Below, piece by piece: positions 10,073-19,496 of a DNA stretch of 64,000 nucleotides (its first letter is position 1; every line of letters starts with the position of its first letter). Made by a program: the position numbers and the translations under genes. A model generated the notes under the pieces. It saw only the letters and a program-made list of their open reading frames with translations, was not told the DNA's origin and did no database searches. This DNA is from Bacteroidota bacterium (GTDB taxonomy: Bacteria > Bacteroidota > Bacteroidia > Bacteroidales > UBA7960): positions 23,893 through 87,892 of the forward strand of contig REDJ01000102.1 of NCBI GenBank assembly GCA_007693555.1, given 5' to 3'.

Positions 10073-12298
10073 TTATTTGATTATGTTGAGTTTTCCTACA
10101 AAAGCTTTGTTGCCGGCTTGAAGGGTTACCACATAAATACCATTGGGAAGATGACCCACATCAATACTTTCTGTGGGGTTTTCAATCGTTTTTTGAAGAA
10201 CCGTTCTTCCGGTAAGATCGTTGATCATGATATCAGCTGATCCTTCTCCTTTCATATTTAAAACAAAATACGAATCGGCAGGATTGGGATAAATGCTAAG
10301 TTTTCCGGCTGCAAATTCGGGTACTGAAACCATAAATTCGAGTACAATATTCAGTTCAACATCGGCATCGGTTATTTCAATGGATCCTTCAAAATCCTGA
10401 TAATCTTCCGCATATATGACATATTCATAAACTCCCTGTAACAAATTCTCAAAGATATACTGCCCGGGATTGTATTCAACTTCATTCAGTTCTATTATTG
10501 CACCGGTAACATCCTGACCTTCCACATCCTTGATCACAAAGGTGAGAGTATAGGTCACCAATTCCATTATAACCGTAAGGAATACATCTTCATCAGTAAC
10601 CTCCAGGCTTCCTTCAACAGTATGATAACCAAAAAGTGTAATTATATATTCGTAGGTTCCGGGCAATACTTCTTCAAACACATAATCACCGGCATCATTG
10701 GTAATTCCATCGAAAGAAATGGCAGCATCGGTAAGCTCATTTTCTTCTTCATCCAAAATTGAAAAAGTTACCGTAAAGGTCTCAGGTTCCTCTGCTTCCA
10801 CAATCACATTCCACTCCACCTCCTCTCCGTGAGGGACGCTTGCAATGTATAAAACCGGTTCTGTAAAATCCTGTGCTTCACCCAAACCAGGTGTAACAGA
10901 AACGCCGGGTGGTAATTCAATATCAGGGACCAATTCAGTAACATCAGTAAACGCAGGGAAAAAGAAATAAATCTCCTGGTTTTCTTCATCAAAAATACCG
11001 GCATAATCTTCATCAAGACCGGGATTCAGGGCCTGTGTAAAACTAAATGACAGGATTTCGGGATGAAGGGTCATTATGGGATCGTACAAAATGGTTGTAA
11101 CTCCATCTTCGTCCGGCCTGGGCCATAAGGTATTTGAAGCCTGCTCAATATCATTATACCCAAGATAATTACCAATTGCAGAAATGATATTAGATGTTGC
11201 ATTGGCAATGGAGTGGATGAAAGCATCCTGATCAGCATAAAAATCATTTTCGTTTTCAAAAATGATGTTTCCCCCGTGATCATCTTCAGTGCCTATATCA
11301 GGTAATGCAGAATTTTGAATGGTTATACCCCAGAGATTTCCTGAGATAAGGTTATTTCTTACCACAGAAAAATTATTAGTATTCCCCAGAAAGTTTAATC
11401 CACTACCACCTAATCCAGGATTGCCCTGGATGTCATTGTCAAGAATAATATTATCACGTATAAGCGAGCTTATGTTATTACCTATTTGAGCATAACCGTA
11501 ACGATTAGCTATAATGGTATTATCTGCAACATGAGCAAGAGTATTGCCCAGGCCAACAAAATTACTTATTGCTATTCCCCCGGCATTGTCATTTAATCCC
11601 TCGACATAATTTCCAACAATATAAATTGTATCAGATGCACCAGGACCGAGATTTACTTGTGGTCGGTTGCTATTATTCATGGTATTATGAATAAAGGTGT
11701 TGTTAATAATATGTGGGGACCCGGTTACATTGGCCCCAGAAGCTATAGCAGAATTGGCGTTTGCTCTGAATTCAGTATTAAGTATAAACGGGCTGGAATT
11801 GCTGTAAGTAATGGCTGCACTTACATTGGAATCTCCGTTGTTTCGAAGCACACAATACTCAAACAGAGCTTCGGTGCCAATTAGCTGAATTCCACCACCG
11901 TATTTTACCACTGTATTTCGGAAAATGGCAGTATCCGCATCTTCAAAACGGAAGCCCCGGAAGTTATTTGCAGTAACCGTAGTATCCTGGGCGGTAAAGA
12001 CCACCTGGCCATCGGCAGGATCAGAAAGAAACTTTCCGGATACCTCAATCCTGATGTTGGCAGCCACCCGGATGGTTTCCGGTTGCATAATTTTCAATGT
12101 ATCGGTTGCAGAAATGATAAGGGTGTTGTTAACAAAATAATCGCCATCAGATGTGGTTACAACACCACCCGACAGGGTAACCAGGTCATCAAAAGTCAGA
12201 CTAAGATTGTTGCCGGGGGTTGTGTATTGAGCATTTGCATTGGTAAAAATAAAAATGATAGCAATAGAGTTTAATAAAAAGCGTAGTGATTTAGTCAT
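10073..12298 (-). CDS. Secreted right-handed parallel beta-helix repeat protein with two CarboxypepD_reg-like domains and a T9SS sorting domain
   Basis: Signal peptide MTKSLRFLLNSIAIIFIFTNANAQ, with the start chosen at 12298. Repetitive N/G-rich beta-helix turns (…NNTFIHNT…, …VGNYVEG…, …ADNTIIAN…, …RDNIILDN…, …VRNNLISGN…). Tandem roughly 70-aa repeats at residues 521-667. C-terminus 'SIYPNPADSYFVL…GIYVVTLQ'. Confidence 0.8.
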   Translation of the reverse strand: MTKSLRFLLNSIAIIFIFTNANAQYTTPGNNLSLTFDDLVTLSGGVVTTSDGDYFVNNTLIISATDTLKIMQPETIRVAANIRIEVSGKFLSDPADGQVVFTAQDTTVTANNFRGFRFEDADTAIFRNTVVKYGGGIQLIGTEALFEYCVLRNNGDSNVSAAITYSNSSPFILNTEFRANANSAIASGANVTGSPHIINNTFIHNTMNNSNRPQVNLGPGASDTIYIVGNYVEGLNDNAGGIAISNFVGLGNTLAHVADNTIIANRYGYAQIGNNISSLIRDNIILDNDIQGNPGLGGSGLNFLGNTNNFSVVRNNLISGNLWGITIQNSALPDIGTEDDHGGNIIFENENDFYADQDAFIHSIANATSNIISAIGNYLGYNDIEQASNTLWPRPDEDGVTTILYDPIMTLHPEILSFSFTQALNPGLDEDYAGIFDEENQEIYFFFPAFTDVTELVPDIELPPGVSVTPGLGEAQDFTEPVLYIASVPHGEEVEWNVIVEAEEPETFTVTFSILDEEENELTDAAISFDGITNDAGDYVFEEVLPGTYEYIITLFGYHTVEGSLEVTDEDVFLTVIMELVTYTLTFVIKDVEGQDVTGAIIELNEVEYNPGQYIFENLLQGVYEYVIYAEDYQDFEGSIEITDADVELNIVLEFMVSVPEFAAGKLSIYPNPADSYFVLNMKGEGSADIMINDLTGRTVLQKTIENPTESIDVGHLPNGIYVVTLQAGNKAFVGKLNIIK

Positions 12299-12370
12299 AT
12301 AATAAATTTTTAAATGAAAAAAATGCATGTTAAGCAAAGTTATTCATATTATTTGGGGAAAGCAATTGAA

Positions 12371-12407
12371 AAGGGTTGTCCGGAAAAATCCGGGCAACCC
12401 TTTTTTT
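12371..12407. terminator. Hairpin terminator between the GH13 3' end and the beta-helix gene start
   Basis: The 13-bp stem aagggttgtccgg / ccgggcaaccctt has one wobble. There is a T7 run on the plus strand and CTTTTC on the minus strand. Confidence 0.5.
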
Positions 12408-12426
12408 AAATTCATCAAAAAAGTTT

Positions 12427-14289
12427 TTATTCCAATTCCAGTACCAACGCCGTATTAGCCGGGATTCTCCATGTGCCGAACCCCCGAAATACCTGCCCGC
12501 TGACTACATCGGTGGCCATATTGTATCCATGGGTGGACTCCTGAAAACGGCGGGTATTGAGTTCCATTTCCCTGGCATTGTTATTCAAAACTACCATAAC
12601 CGTTTCATCTTCATTATACCGGAAGTAAACATAAATATTGTTTTCGGGTACAAAATGTTTCAGCCAGCCATAGTGCAGTACCTCCTTATCTTTCCGATAA
12701 TTGAGAAGTTTGGTCAGGTAATCTACGATTTCATTCTGTTCTGCTGTTCGGCCTTCACGTGTAAAGGCATTTACGGGGTCACCGGTCCAGCCGCCGGGAA
12801 AAGTTACCCTGAGTTTACCATGCCCCTCATGCTCACGAGCCGATTCCAAAGTTTCAATACCGGTATAAAACTGTGGAATTCCGCGGGTAGTTACCAGAAA
12901 TGCAATAGCCATTTTCAGTTTATCCATATCTTCACCAACCCGGGTAAAAATCCTGTCGGTATCGTGGTTATCGCCAAAGATCACCAGGTTATAAGGATTA
13001 GCATATAAAAAGTCCTGGGCAAGGGAATTGTACAACCTCATCATTCCTGAACTCCATCCCTGCTCTTCCTGGAATGCCATACCAATGGCATCATAAAGGG
13101 AAAAATCAAAAACCGCAGGGAAATTTGAGTTGTAACCGTCGTGTTGTACTTTTCCTCCCTGAAAATAGCTGGTAAGTACCGGGTTGCCACTCCAGGACTC
13201 TCCTACGATATTAAAATTTGGATATTCTGCCATAACATAAGCCGCCCAGTCTGCCATAAAAAACCTGTCAGCATAAGGCTGTGTATCCATGCGGATACCG
13301 TGAATACCGGAGTATTCGATCCACCATACGCTGTTTTGAATGAGATAGAGTGCCAGCAAGCGGTTGCGCTGGTTCAGGTCGGGCATATTGGTATCGAACC
13401 ATCCATTCACCATAATGTCGTAATCAGATTGTGCAAAATAGGGATCCACGATGGTGGTCATACGATAAGATGTGCGTGTAAATTCATCCCATTGGTTCAG
13501 CCAGTCGGAGGTGGGCAGATCTTTCATCCACCAGTGATAATGGCCACAATGGTTGAATATTTTATCCTTGATGATCTTTAAGCCTTTGCTTTCGGCTTCT
13601 TTTACGAGGCGCACGTAATCTTCGTTACTGCCAAATCGTGCATCGATATTGTAAAAATCGGTGGTGGCATAACCGTGATAGGAATAGCGGGGCTGATTGT
13701 TTTCAAGCAGCGGATTGATCCAGATGGCGGTAAAACCCATCCCGGCAATATGATCAAGATGGTTTATGATACCCTGTATATCACCTCCCTGGCGTGCGTC
13801 GGGGTTGGTGCGATCAACCTTCTCAAGCATTCCCGGCAGATTGTCAAGCGCAGGATTACCATTGGCAAAACGATCGGGCATAAGAAGGTAGATAGCATCG
13901 GAATTGTCGAAACCCTCATGATAGCGGGCATTTTCCCGTCGTTCGCGTAATTCAAAATTATAGGAATAGCGGGTGCGCCTTCCGGCCACAAATTCAATAT
14001 CAAACATACCCGGTTGTGCACCGGTAATGTCCAGGTAAATAAAAAGGTAGTTGGGGCTTTCCACTGCAACCACTTCTCTGAGTTTTACTCCGGGGTGATC
14101 GATCTTAACACGGGTCTGCCCTATGTCTTCACCATATACCATAATCTGCAACTCCTTGTGATACATATCTGCCCACCAGAAGGGAGGCTCAACACGCTCA
14201 GGCACATTGCGCGCAATACTTTGCAACGAAACCAGCAGTATCACTGCAAAAAGCAGCATCATCCTTTTCATTCCGATATTTTGTTTCAT
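12427..14289 (-). CDS. Glycoside hydrolase family 13 (cyclomaltodextrinase/neopullulanase-like, SusA-like), exported
   Basis: Signal peptide MKQNIGMKRMMLLFAVILLVSLQSIA. N-terminal 'PPFWWADM…LQIMVYGEDI' domain. GH13 regions 'DAIYLLMPDRFANG', 'GFTAIWINP', 'KIIKDKIFNHCG', 'GIRMDTQPY', 'VGESW', 'FGDNHDTDR'. Confidence 0.9.
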   Translation of the reverse strand: MKQNIGMKRMMLLFAVILLVSLQSIARNVPERVEPPFWWADMYHKELQIMVYGEDIGQTRVKIDHPGVKLREVVAVESPNYLFIYLDITGAQPGMFDIEFVAGRRTRYSYNFELRERRENARYHEGFDNSDAIYLLMPDRFANGNPALDNLPGMLEKVDRTNPDARQGGDIQGIINHLDHIAGMGFTAIWINPLLENNQPRYSYHGYATTDFYNIDARFGSNEDYVRLVKEAESKGLKIIKDKIFNHCGHYHWWMKDLPTSDWLNQWDEFTRTSYRMTTIVDPYFAQSDYDIMVNGWFDTNMPDLNQRNRLLALYLIQNSVWWIEYSGIHGIRMDTQPYADRFFMADWAAYVMAEYPNFNIVGESWSGNPVLTSYFQGGKVQHDGYNSNFPAVFDFSLYDAIGMAFQEEQGWSSGMMRLYNSLAQDFLYANPYNLVIFGDNHDTDRIFTRVGEDMDKLKMAIAFLVTTRGIPQFYTGIETLESAREHEGHGKLRVTFPGGWTGDPVNAFTREGRTAEQNEIVDYLTKLLNYRKDKEVLHYGWLKHFVPENNIYVYFRYNEDETVMVVLNNNAREMELNTRRFQESTHGYNMATDVVSGQVFRGFGTWRIPANTALVLELE

Positions 14290-14389
14290 TTTGTTTATTT
14301 TGAAATGTGAATAATTTTTTACGGTTATGGCTAACTGGTAAGAAATGCAAATATACATCAGGCTTATGAATCCATATTCAAAAAGAATT

Positions 14390-17300
14390 CTAATTTCTGA
14401 TGATTTTCAGTTGTCTGGTTCCGTTTTTGGTTTTTACATTGAGTAAATAAATACCCGGGCCAATATCTGAAAGATCGACAATAGCTTCCCGTTTTCCCAG
14501 TGATTCCTTTCTAAGAAGCAGGCTGCCTGCAATATCAAATATTTCAATTACTTCGATCTCTTCATCAGCAGAAATATGGAAACGATCCCTGGAAGGATTA
14601 GGATATACTTTTACTTCGGGTAATGCAAAACTAATGGTACCTGTAGGGATATATTCAACACCTTTCAGTGTAATATTATCAAAACGGTTGTTACCGGTAC
14701 TTTGGGATGTGTTTCCACTGAATTCAATCCGGATGTGAAAATCGGGATTGTTATTTACTTCAGGAATATGCGAAAAATCCACTGTTACCATCTCATATTC
14801 TTCTCCAATGTCAAATGAAGTTTGTTGCAGATCATCCTGGATGAAGCTGACACCATCGATTGAGTAATAAATGTAATGATTCAGCATTCCCTGCAAAGAA
14901 CGTTGCACGGCATATGAGAAAACCAGATCCTGATACCCATCGGAAGGCATGTTAAAAAGCAAAGATCTATTGAGTGAGGGATTACGCACCCTCACCGCCT
15001 GACCGGCTTCTTCTATAAACTGCAGATTGAGGTCGGAACCTTCAGGAAAAACATCCATATCCCTTGCCCCGTAACCCTCATAATATATCCTTGCATTAGC
15101 ATCTTCATATATCTGATAATCGGCATATACATATCTTATGTCGTCACCGCTTGTTTCCAAATCATTGAAATGCCAGTAATACAGAAGTTCTTTTTCATCT
15201 GCAAAGGGATTATGGAAAACTGCCGTTATTTCACCCTCTTCCTGCAGTTCAAATAGCAGAACAGGATCAAGAGAATCTGCCTGCAAAATATGATTGTCTG
15301 CCTCCCAGTGACTGAAAGTCCATGCTCCTCTACCCCTGGCCTCCAGCCGTGTATCTATTCCACCGTATAAAACGGCATCAAAAGGATAATCAGTTAACCA
15401 TACCGAATTCATTTTTATCTGCCCGGTAAATTCGGGATATACATTGATATTAAAGCTATACGGACCTTCCAGGTTATAGCAACTTATCAGCCCATGAACC
15501 AGAGCTTCGCAGCGTTGATAAAGAAAATCCCTGACATCCTGCACATTGGACAGCCAGGTGTTTATATTTCCACCCCAGCGTGCAATTTGCCCGGGCATTT
15601 CAGGTTCAATCACAGCAACCATACTGTCAAGTACATGAATTGCATTTTCGCACGAAAGATGGGTATTGAGCAGATCTATATACCTGGTAACATACTTGCG
15701 CCACACATATTCATTTTCAGTAATGAGTTTGTTAAGGCTCTGGGCGTGACCATTACCCACATTGAGGTTTTCAACATTGCATGGTAGAGCATTTGCCGTA
15801 ATGTCTGGAATACCTGTATAATTGTGGAAATGCCCAAGTGCAGCTTCCATATCCCATAAAATATACCTCCATTGTTTAGCACCTCCGTCGGGATGAAGCC
15901 CCCGCCACCAACCGGTGTTGTAGTTCAGCCAGTCACGCGAAACTATATAGGAGTTGAACACAAAGTAATCTATCAGACTCTCCAGGTTCATGAGACTGTC
16001 AACGTAGGCAAAAGCCGCATGGTCACCCATGAAATTATTGCTGATAAAACTCCTTATGTGGTTCCAATCGTCAACAGCTTGCTGTTCTCCATACTTGGGA
16101 TGGGTAGCTCCCCAGGTTTTCAGAAACTGAATATATTCGGTACTTCCTTTGTATTTACGGGGCTGATTATAGTAAAACTCGGTATAATCTTTATCATCAA
16201 CCTTTTCCCTGAGGTCATAAACCCCCCAGTACTCACCGTTAACATAAAGGATAACATTGAGGGAACTTCTGACATCAAGATCAAGATCAATGAGTTGCGA
16301 TAACGACTGAATGTAAGAATCTCTGATATGTGCTCCGCCATTTTCAAAGGGGTAATTGTCGTTGGCAGCTGCCTTTACCATAAGGCGCTGGAACTTGGTA
16401 CGTTCTGATGTGGGAAAAAACTCATGAGTAAGATAACGGTTATAGCCGTATTCATCTCGTGATATAAAATCGACACCCCTTTGCGGATAGTTCCATGAAT
16501 CATTTCCGTGCTTGTTAAAATCGCCCACCGACTTGTCAACAAAAACTCCATCAGAATCAAAGTACTCAAAGGCACCTATGGTTTCAATCTGCGTGCCCCC
16601 AAAAAGCACAAACAACTCATCACCGCTGAAAGAAAATACAGGCAGGGTATATGATTTGCTTATAAAGAATGTTTTGGTTTCTATGAAACCCGGTATGATC
16701 TGTGGGTTTTCGGAAAAGGTTCTTGCCCTGATAACAGTGGTCTCGTCAATCAAAATTGGCTCCGTATAAAGAGCAGAATGGGAAGTGGGCTCTGAACCGT
16801 CAACCGTATATCGTATCACTGCATTGTTATCAGGAGTGGTAATAGTCAGATGGAAAGGTTCATCATAAAAACCTGCTTCGTGCGATATCAAAGGCATTGA
16901 AGTATAGGCCGACCTATGATTCATATTGAACGAGCCGGGGGTGGGGTTTTCAAAAATGCCCCAGGTGCCGTCACCACTTGTGGTGCGACCGAATGAGTGA
17001 CCATTTTGTGTTACAAACAGGGGGTAGCTTTCAAGCATATTTCCATCGGGGTCAGAAAAGATGATACTTTCGGGTTTTAGCTGGGTAAGACGAAAATTGG
17101 TGTGAGGCGTCTCACCTGCCATGGCATCTCTGCCCGAGCAAATGACCAGCAGGTGACCTCCGGGAGGTAAGATACCACCCGGAAACTGCCACTTCAAAGG
17201 ATTATCAGGATCGTCACTCAGATAATAGCCGGTTAAATCCACATAATCACCCGAAGGATTATAAAGCTCAACCCAATCTTCATAGTTCCCAAACTGATCC

Positions 17301-18142
17301 AACATCTGGCGGTTTGATGCTGAATATTCGTTTATCACAACCTCACCTTCTCCAAATTCAATTTCACCATGTGTAATTTCAACGTATCTCCTGCTTAAAT
17401 AATTAAAATTGGTATTGCACCCTGAACCTCCCCAAACTCTTGACGAATAAAAAGTCAGTTCTACCTGCCCGTCGGATATACCTGATGCCAGACCAGAGTT
17501 TAGCGAATAAGTTTGCGTACCCGCATTATTGCCACTACCCTGAAAAACCTGTGTCTGACCGGTAGGTCCACTCACATATGATCTTTGATCAGACATCCAC
17601 GCATTGCTCCCTTCCACAGCTACAAAATCCCAAAGTAAAAAGGTATTTAGGATAAAATGGTCCTCGGGAATGGGAATATTTAAAGCACTTTCGTAATAAT
17701 GCGGGAAAAAGCATGATGGTATAATAGTGTAATCATCAATCGAGGTGGAGTCCAGATCAGAGGATATGTAATTCTTTGGCAGGTAATCAGTTGAACGTAA
17801 CCATCCGCTGCTGTCAGTGTAATGCAGGGGAGTATCTGATTTTACCGTAGTGAAACTACCATCGGCATTAAGGAATAATCTTGTATAAGAAGTTCTCTTA
17901 TGTATCAGCTCAAGGCTTTCTCTCTGGTCATGGTTTTTCAACCGGGTAGCACCAAATTCAGGATGCTGATGGTAATACTCCGGAATTTCCTGTTGCCAGA
18001 GAATATTAGCAGGCTTATATTGACCATTGATAACTCCGGCTTTACCGGCAGCTGATAAAAATGTCTGCCCAATTAGCGAATTCATTAAAATGAAAAAAAC
18101 TATAAGGACACACGGGAACCAAAAATTGTAAATGCTTTTCAT
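14390..18142 (-). CDS. Secreted CotH kinase-family protein (second paralogue) with an internal lamin-tail domain and a T9SS sorting domain
   Basis: Signal peptide. LTD-like 'VVINEYSASNRQMLDQFGNYEDWVELYNPSGDYVDLTGYYLSDD'. CotH-like 'NVILYVNGEYWGVYDLREKVDDKDY' and 'WRYILWDMEAALGHF'. C-terminus 'KVYPNPSRDRFHI…GIYLLNVKT'. Confidence 0.85.
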   Translation of the reverse strand: MKSIYNFWFPCVLIVFFILMNSLIGQTFLSAAGKAGVINGQYKPANILWQQEIPEYYHQHPEFGATRLKNHDQRESLELIHKRTSYTRLFLNADGSFTTVKSDTPLHYTDSSGWLRSTDYLPKNYISSDLDSTSIDDYTIIPSCFFPHYYESALNIPIPEDHFILNTFLLWDFVAVEGSNAWMSDQRSYVSGPTGQTQVFQGSGNNAGTQTYSLNSGLASGISDGQVELTFYSSRVWGGSGCNTNFNYLSRRYVEITHGEIEFGEGEVVINEYSASNRQMLDQFGNYEDWVELYNPSGDYVDLTGYYLSDDPDNPLKWQFPGGILPPGGHLLVICSGRDAMAGETPHTNFRLTQLKPESIIFSDPDGNMLESYPLFVTQNGHSFGRTTSGDGTWGIFENPTPGSFNMNHRSAYTSMPLISHEAGFYDEPFHLTITTPDNNAVIRYTVDGSEPTSHSALYTEPILIDETTVIRARTFSENPQIIPGFIETKTFFISKSYTLPVFSFSGDELFVLFGGTQIETIGAFEYFDSDGVFVDKSVGDFNKHGNDSWNYPQRGVDFISRDEYGYNRYLTHEFFPTSERTKFQRLMVKAAANDNYPFENGGAHIRDSYIQSLSQLIDLDLDVRSSLNVILYVNGEYWGVYDLREKVDDKDYTEFYYNQPRKYKGSTEYIQFLKTWGATHPKYGEQQAVDDWNHIRSFISNNFMGDHAAFAYVDSLMNLESLIDYFVFNSYIVSRDWLNYNTGWWRGLHPDGGAKQWRYILWDMEAALGHFHNYTGIPDITANALPCNVENLNVGNGHAQSLNKLITENEYVWRKYVTRYIDLLNTHLSCENAIHVLDSMVAVIEPEMPGQIARWGGNINTWLSNVQDVRDFLYQRCEALVHGLISCYNLEGPYSFNINVYPEFTGQIKMNSVWLTDYPFDAVLYGGIDTRLEARGRGAWTFSHWEADNHILQADSLDPVLLFELQEEGEITAVFHNPFADEKELLYYWHFNDLETSGDDIRYVYADYQIYEDANARIYYEGYGARDMDVFPEGSDLNLQFIEEAGQAVRVRNPSLNRSLLFNMPSDGYQDLVFSYAVQRSLQGMLNHYIYYSIDGVSFIQDDLQQTSFDIGEEYEMVTVDFSHIPEVNNNPDFHIRIEFSGNTSQSTGNNRFDNITLKGVEYIPTGTISFALPEVKVYPNPSRDRFHISADEEIEVIEIFDIAGSLLLRKESLGKREAIVDLSDIGPGIYLLNVKTKNGTRQLKIIRN

Positions 18143-18188
18143 GTTTAATTTTAATTTCTGTTATCATTTAAGGTTGAAATACATTTTA

Positions 18189-19274
18189 TCACCCGATAGC
18201 CTTCTGTATCAGTAAGAATTCATTGACGTTTTCCAAATCAAGAATACCCTTGAATTTCTCATTCTCAATTACCGGTACCAGATCATACCCGCTTTTTCGT
18301 AATTCCACATAGGCCTCAAACAAAGGCATATCAGAATTTACAGATTTTATATCCCGGCTCATTACCTCCTTAACCTTGCCTTCTTTTCCATGCGAACTTA
18401 ATCCTTTTATAAGGTCATTTTTGGTAAGTATTCCTGCATACTCACCCTCTGATTTAATAATAAATCCTCTGTCGGATATCTGAACAAGTTTTTGAGCAGC
18501 CTCACCCAGTGTATCCTCAGCATCCAGGTTTGAATAATCTTCAGTGAGAACATCTTTTACAGTATAATTGTCAAGAATATCCTGGTATTTTATCATCTGA
18601 TGCTCTCCTTTGGCACCCAGTAAAATGAAAAAACCGATAATGATCAGGAAAGGGTTGATAAACAATCCGGCAATAATAAAAATTATGGCAAATATCTGTC
18701 CAATATCTTTGGCAATGGTGGTGGCTTTCAACCGGCTCATTTTCATGGACAATGCTGAGCGGAAAAGCCGGCCGCCATCCATGGGAAATGCGGGTATAAG
18801 GTTAAAGGCAACTATAAAAAGGTTGGCTGCCAACAGCATGAGCGGGAAGTTACTTATCGTAATGGTTTCAAACTCCATGTCGCTTACTTTTACCGGATGG
18901 ATAAAAGCCAGGTAAAGCCAGAGAATAGCAGCAATTACAACATTTACAGCCGGACCTGCTGCCGAAACCAGGAATTCTTCCCTGGGTTTCTCAGGCATTT
19001 TGGATAAATTGGCCATGCCTCCAATTGGAAGAAGTGTAATACTTTCAACCTTTCCTCCAAACCTGATAGCAACAAGCGAATGACCGAATTCGTGCAATAC
19101 AACACATACAAATAATGCGAGTACAAATACAATATGCATGAGAATCTGCTCAATGCCAAGTCCGCGATTTAAACTTACAAATACAATCCAGGCAATTAAC
19201 AATGAAAAAGTCCAGTGTACTGATACCCGGATTCCGAATGGGTTTCCTAAATTCAGTGAATATCTGCTTTGCAT
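18189..19274 (-). CDS. M50-family site-2 metalloprotease with a C-terminal CBS domain pair
   Basis: HExxH motif 'LHEFGHSLVA' in a TM helix and a second metal-ligand region 'NLIPAFPMDGGR'. The C-terminal half has two CBS-like repeats. Confidence 0.85.
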   Translation of the reverse strand: MQSRYSLNLGNPFGIRVSVHWTFSLLIAWIVFVSLNRGLGIEQILMHIVFVLALFVCVVLHEFGHSLVAIRFGGKVESITLLPIGGMANLSKMPEKPREEFLVSAAGPAVNVVIAAILWLYLAFIHPVKVSDMEFETITISNFPLMLLAANLFIVAFNLIPAFPMDGGRLFRSALSMKMSRLKATTIAKDIGQIFAIIFIIAGLFINPFLIIIGFFILLGAKGEHQMIKYQDILDNYTVKDVLTEDYSNLDAEDTLGEAAQKLVQISDRGFIIKSEGEYAGILTKNDLIKGLSSHGKEGKVKEVMSRDIKSVNSDMPLFEAYVELRKSGYDLVPVIENEKFKGILDLENVNEFLLIQKAIG

Positions 19275-19496
19275 AAGTAAATCTTTTTACGGATCGGGTT
19301 CCGGAAACTTTAAGAAATTGACACACATATGAACCCGAAATTCCTTGTTATCATATCAAAAATAAGGCTTTCTTGTCAAATGGTCATTATAACAATGATA
19401 AAGTTTAAATAACGTGCTTTTCAAATCGGTAATATAACCTAAAATATTTACTACTTTTATCTTTAAGTTTTCTGTTTAAAAGGTAAAACTGAAATT

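Noticed and set aside
12299-12337. Upstream start of the beta-helix gene (MLNMHFFHLKIYY…); similarly 14290-14358 for GH13, 21711-21842 for the lipoprotein and 44889-44945 for the T9SS CxxC protein
   Set aside because: In each case an internal Met immediately precedes a canonical signal peptide or lipobox, and the upstream extension is not signal-like. The shorter forms are preferred.
12376-13008. 210-aa plus-strand ORF
   Set aside because: It is entirely antisense to the strongly supported GH13 gene. It has no recognisable motifs, and its start lies inside a terminator hairpin.
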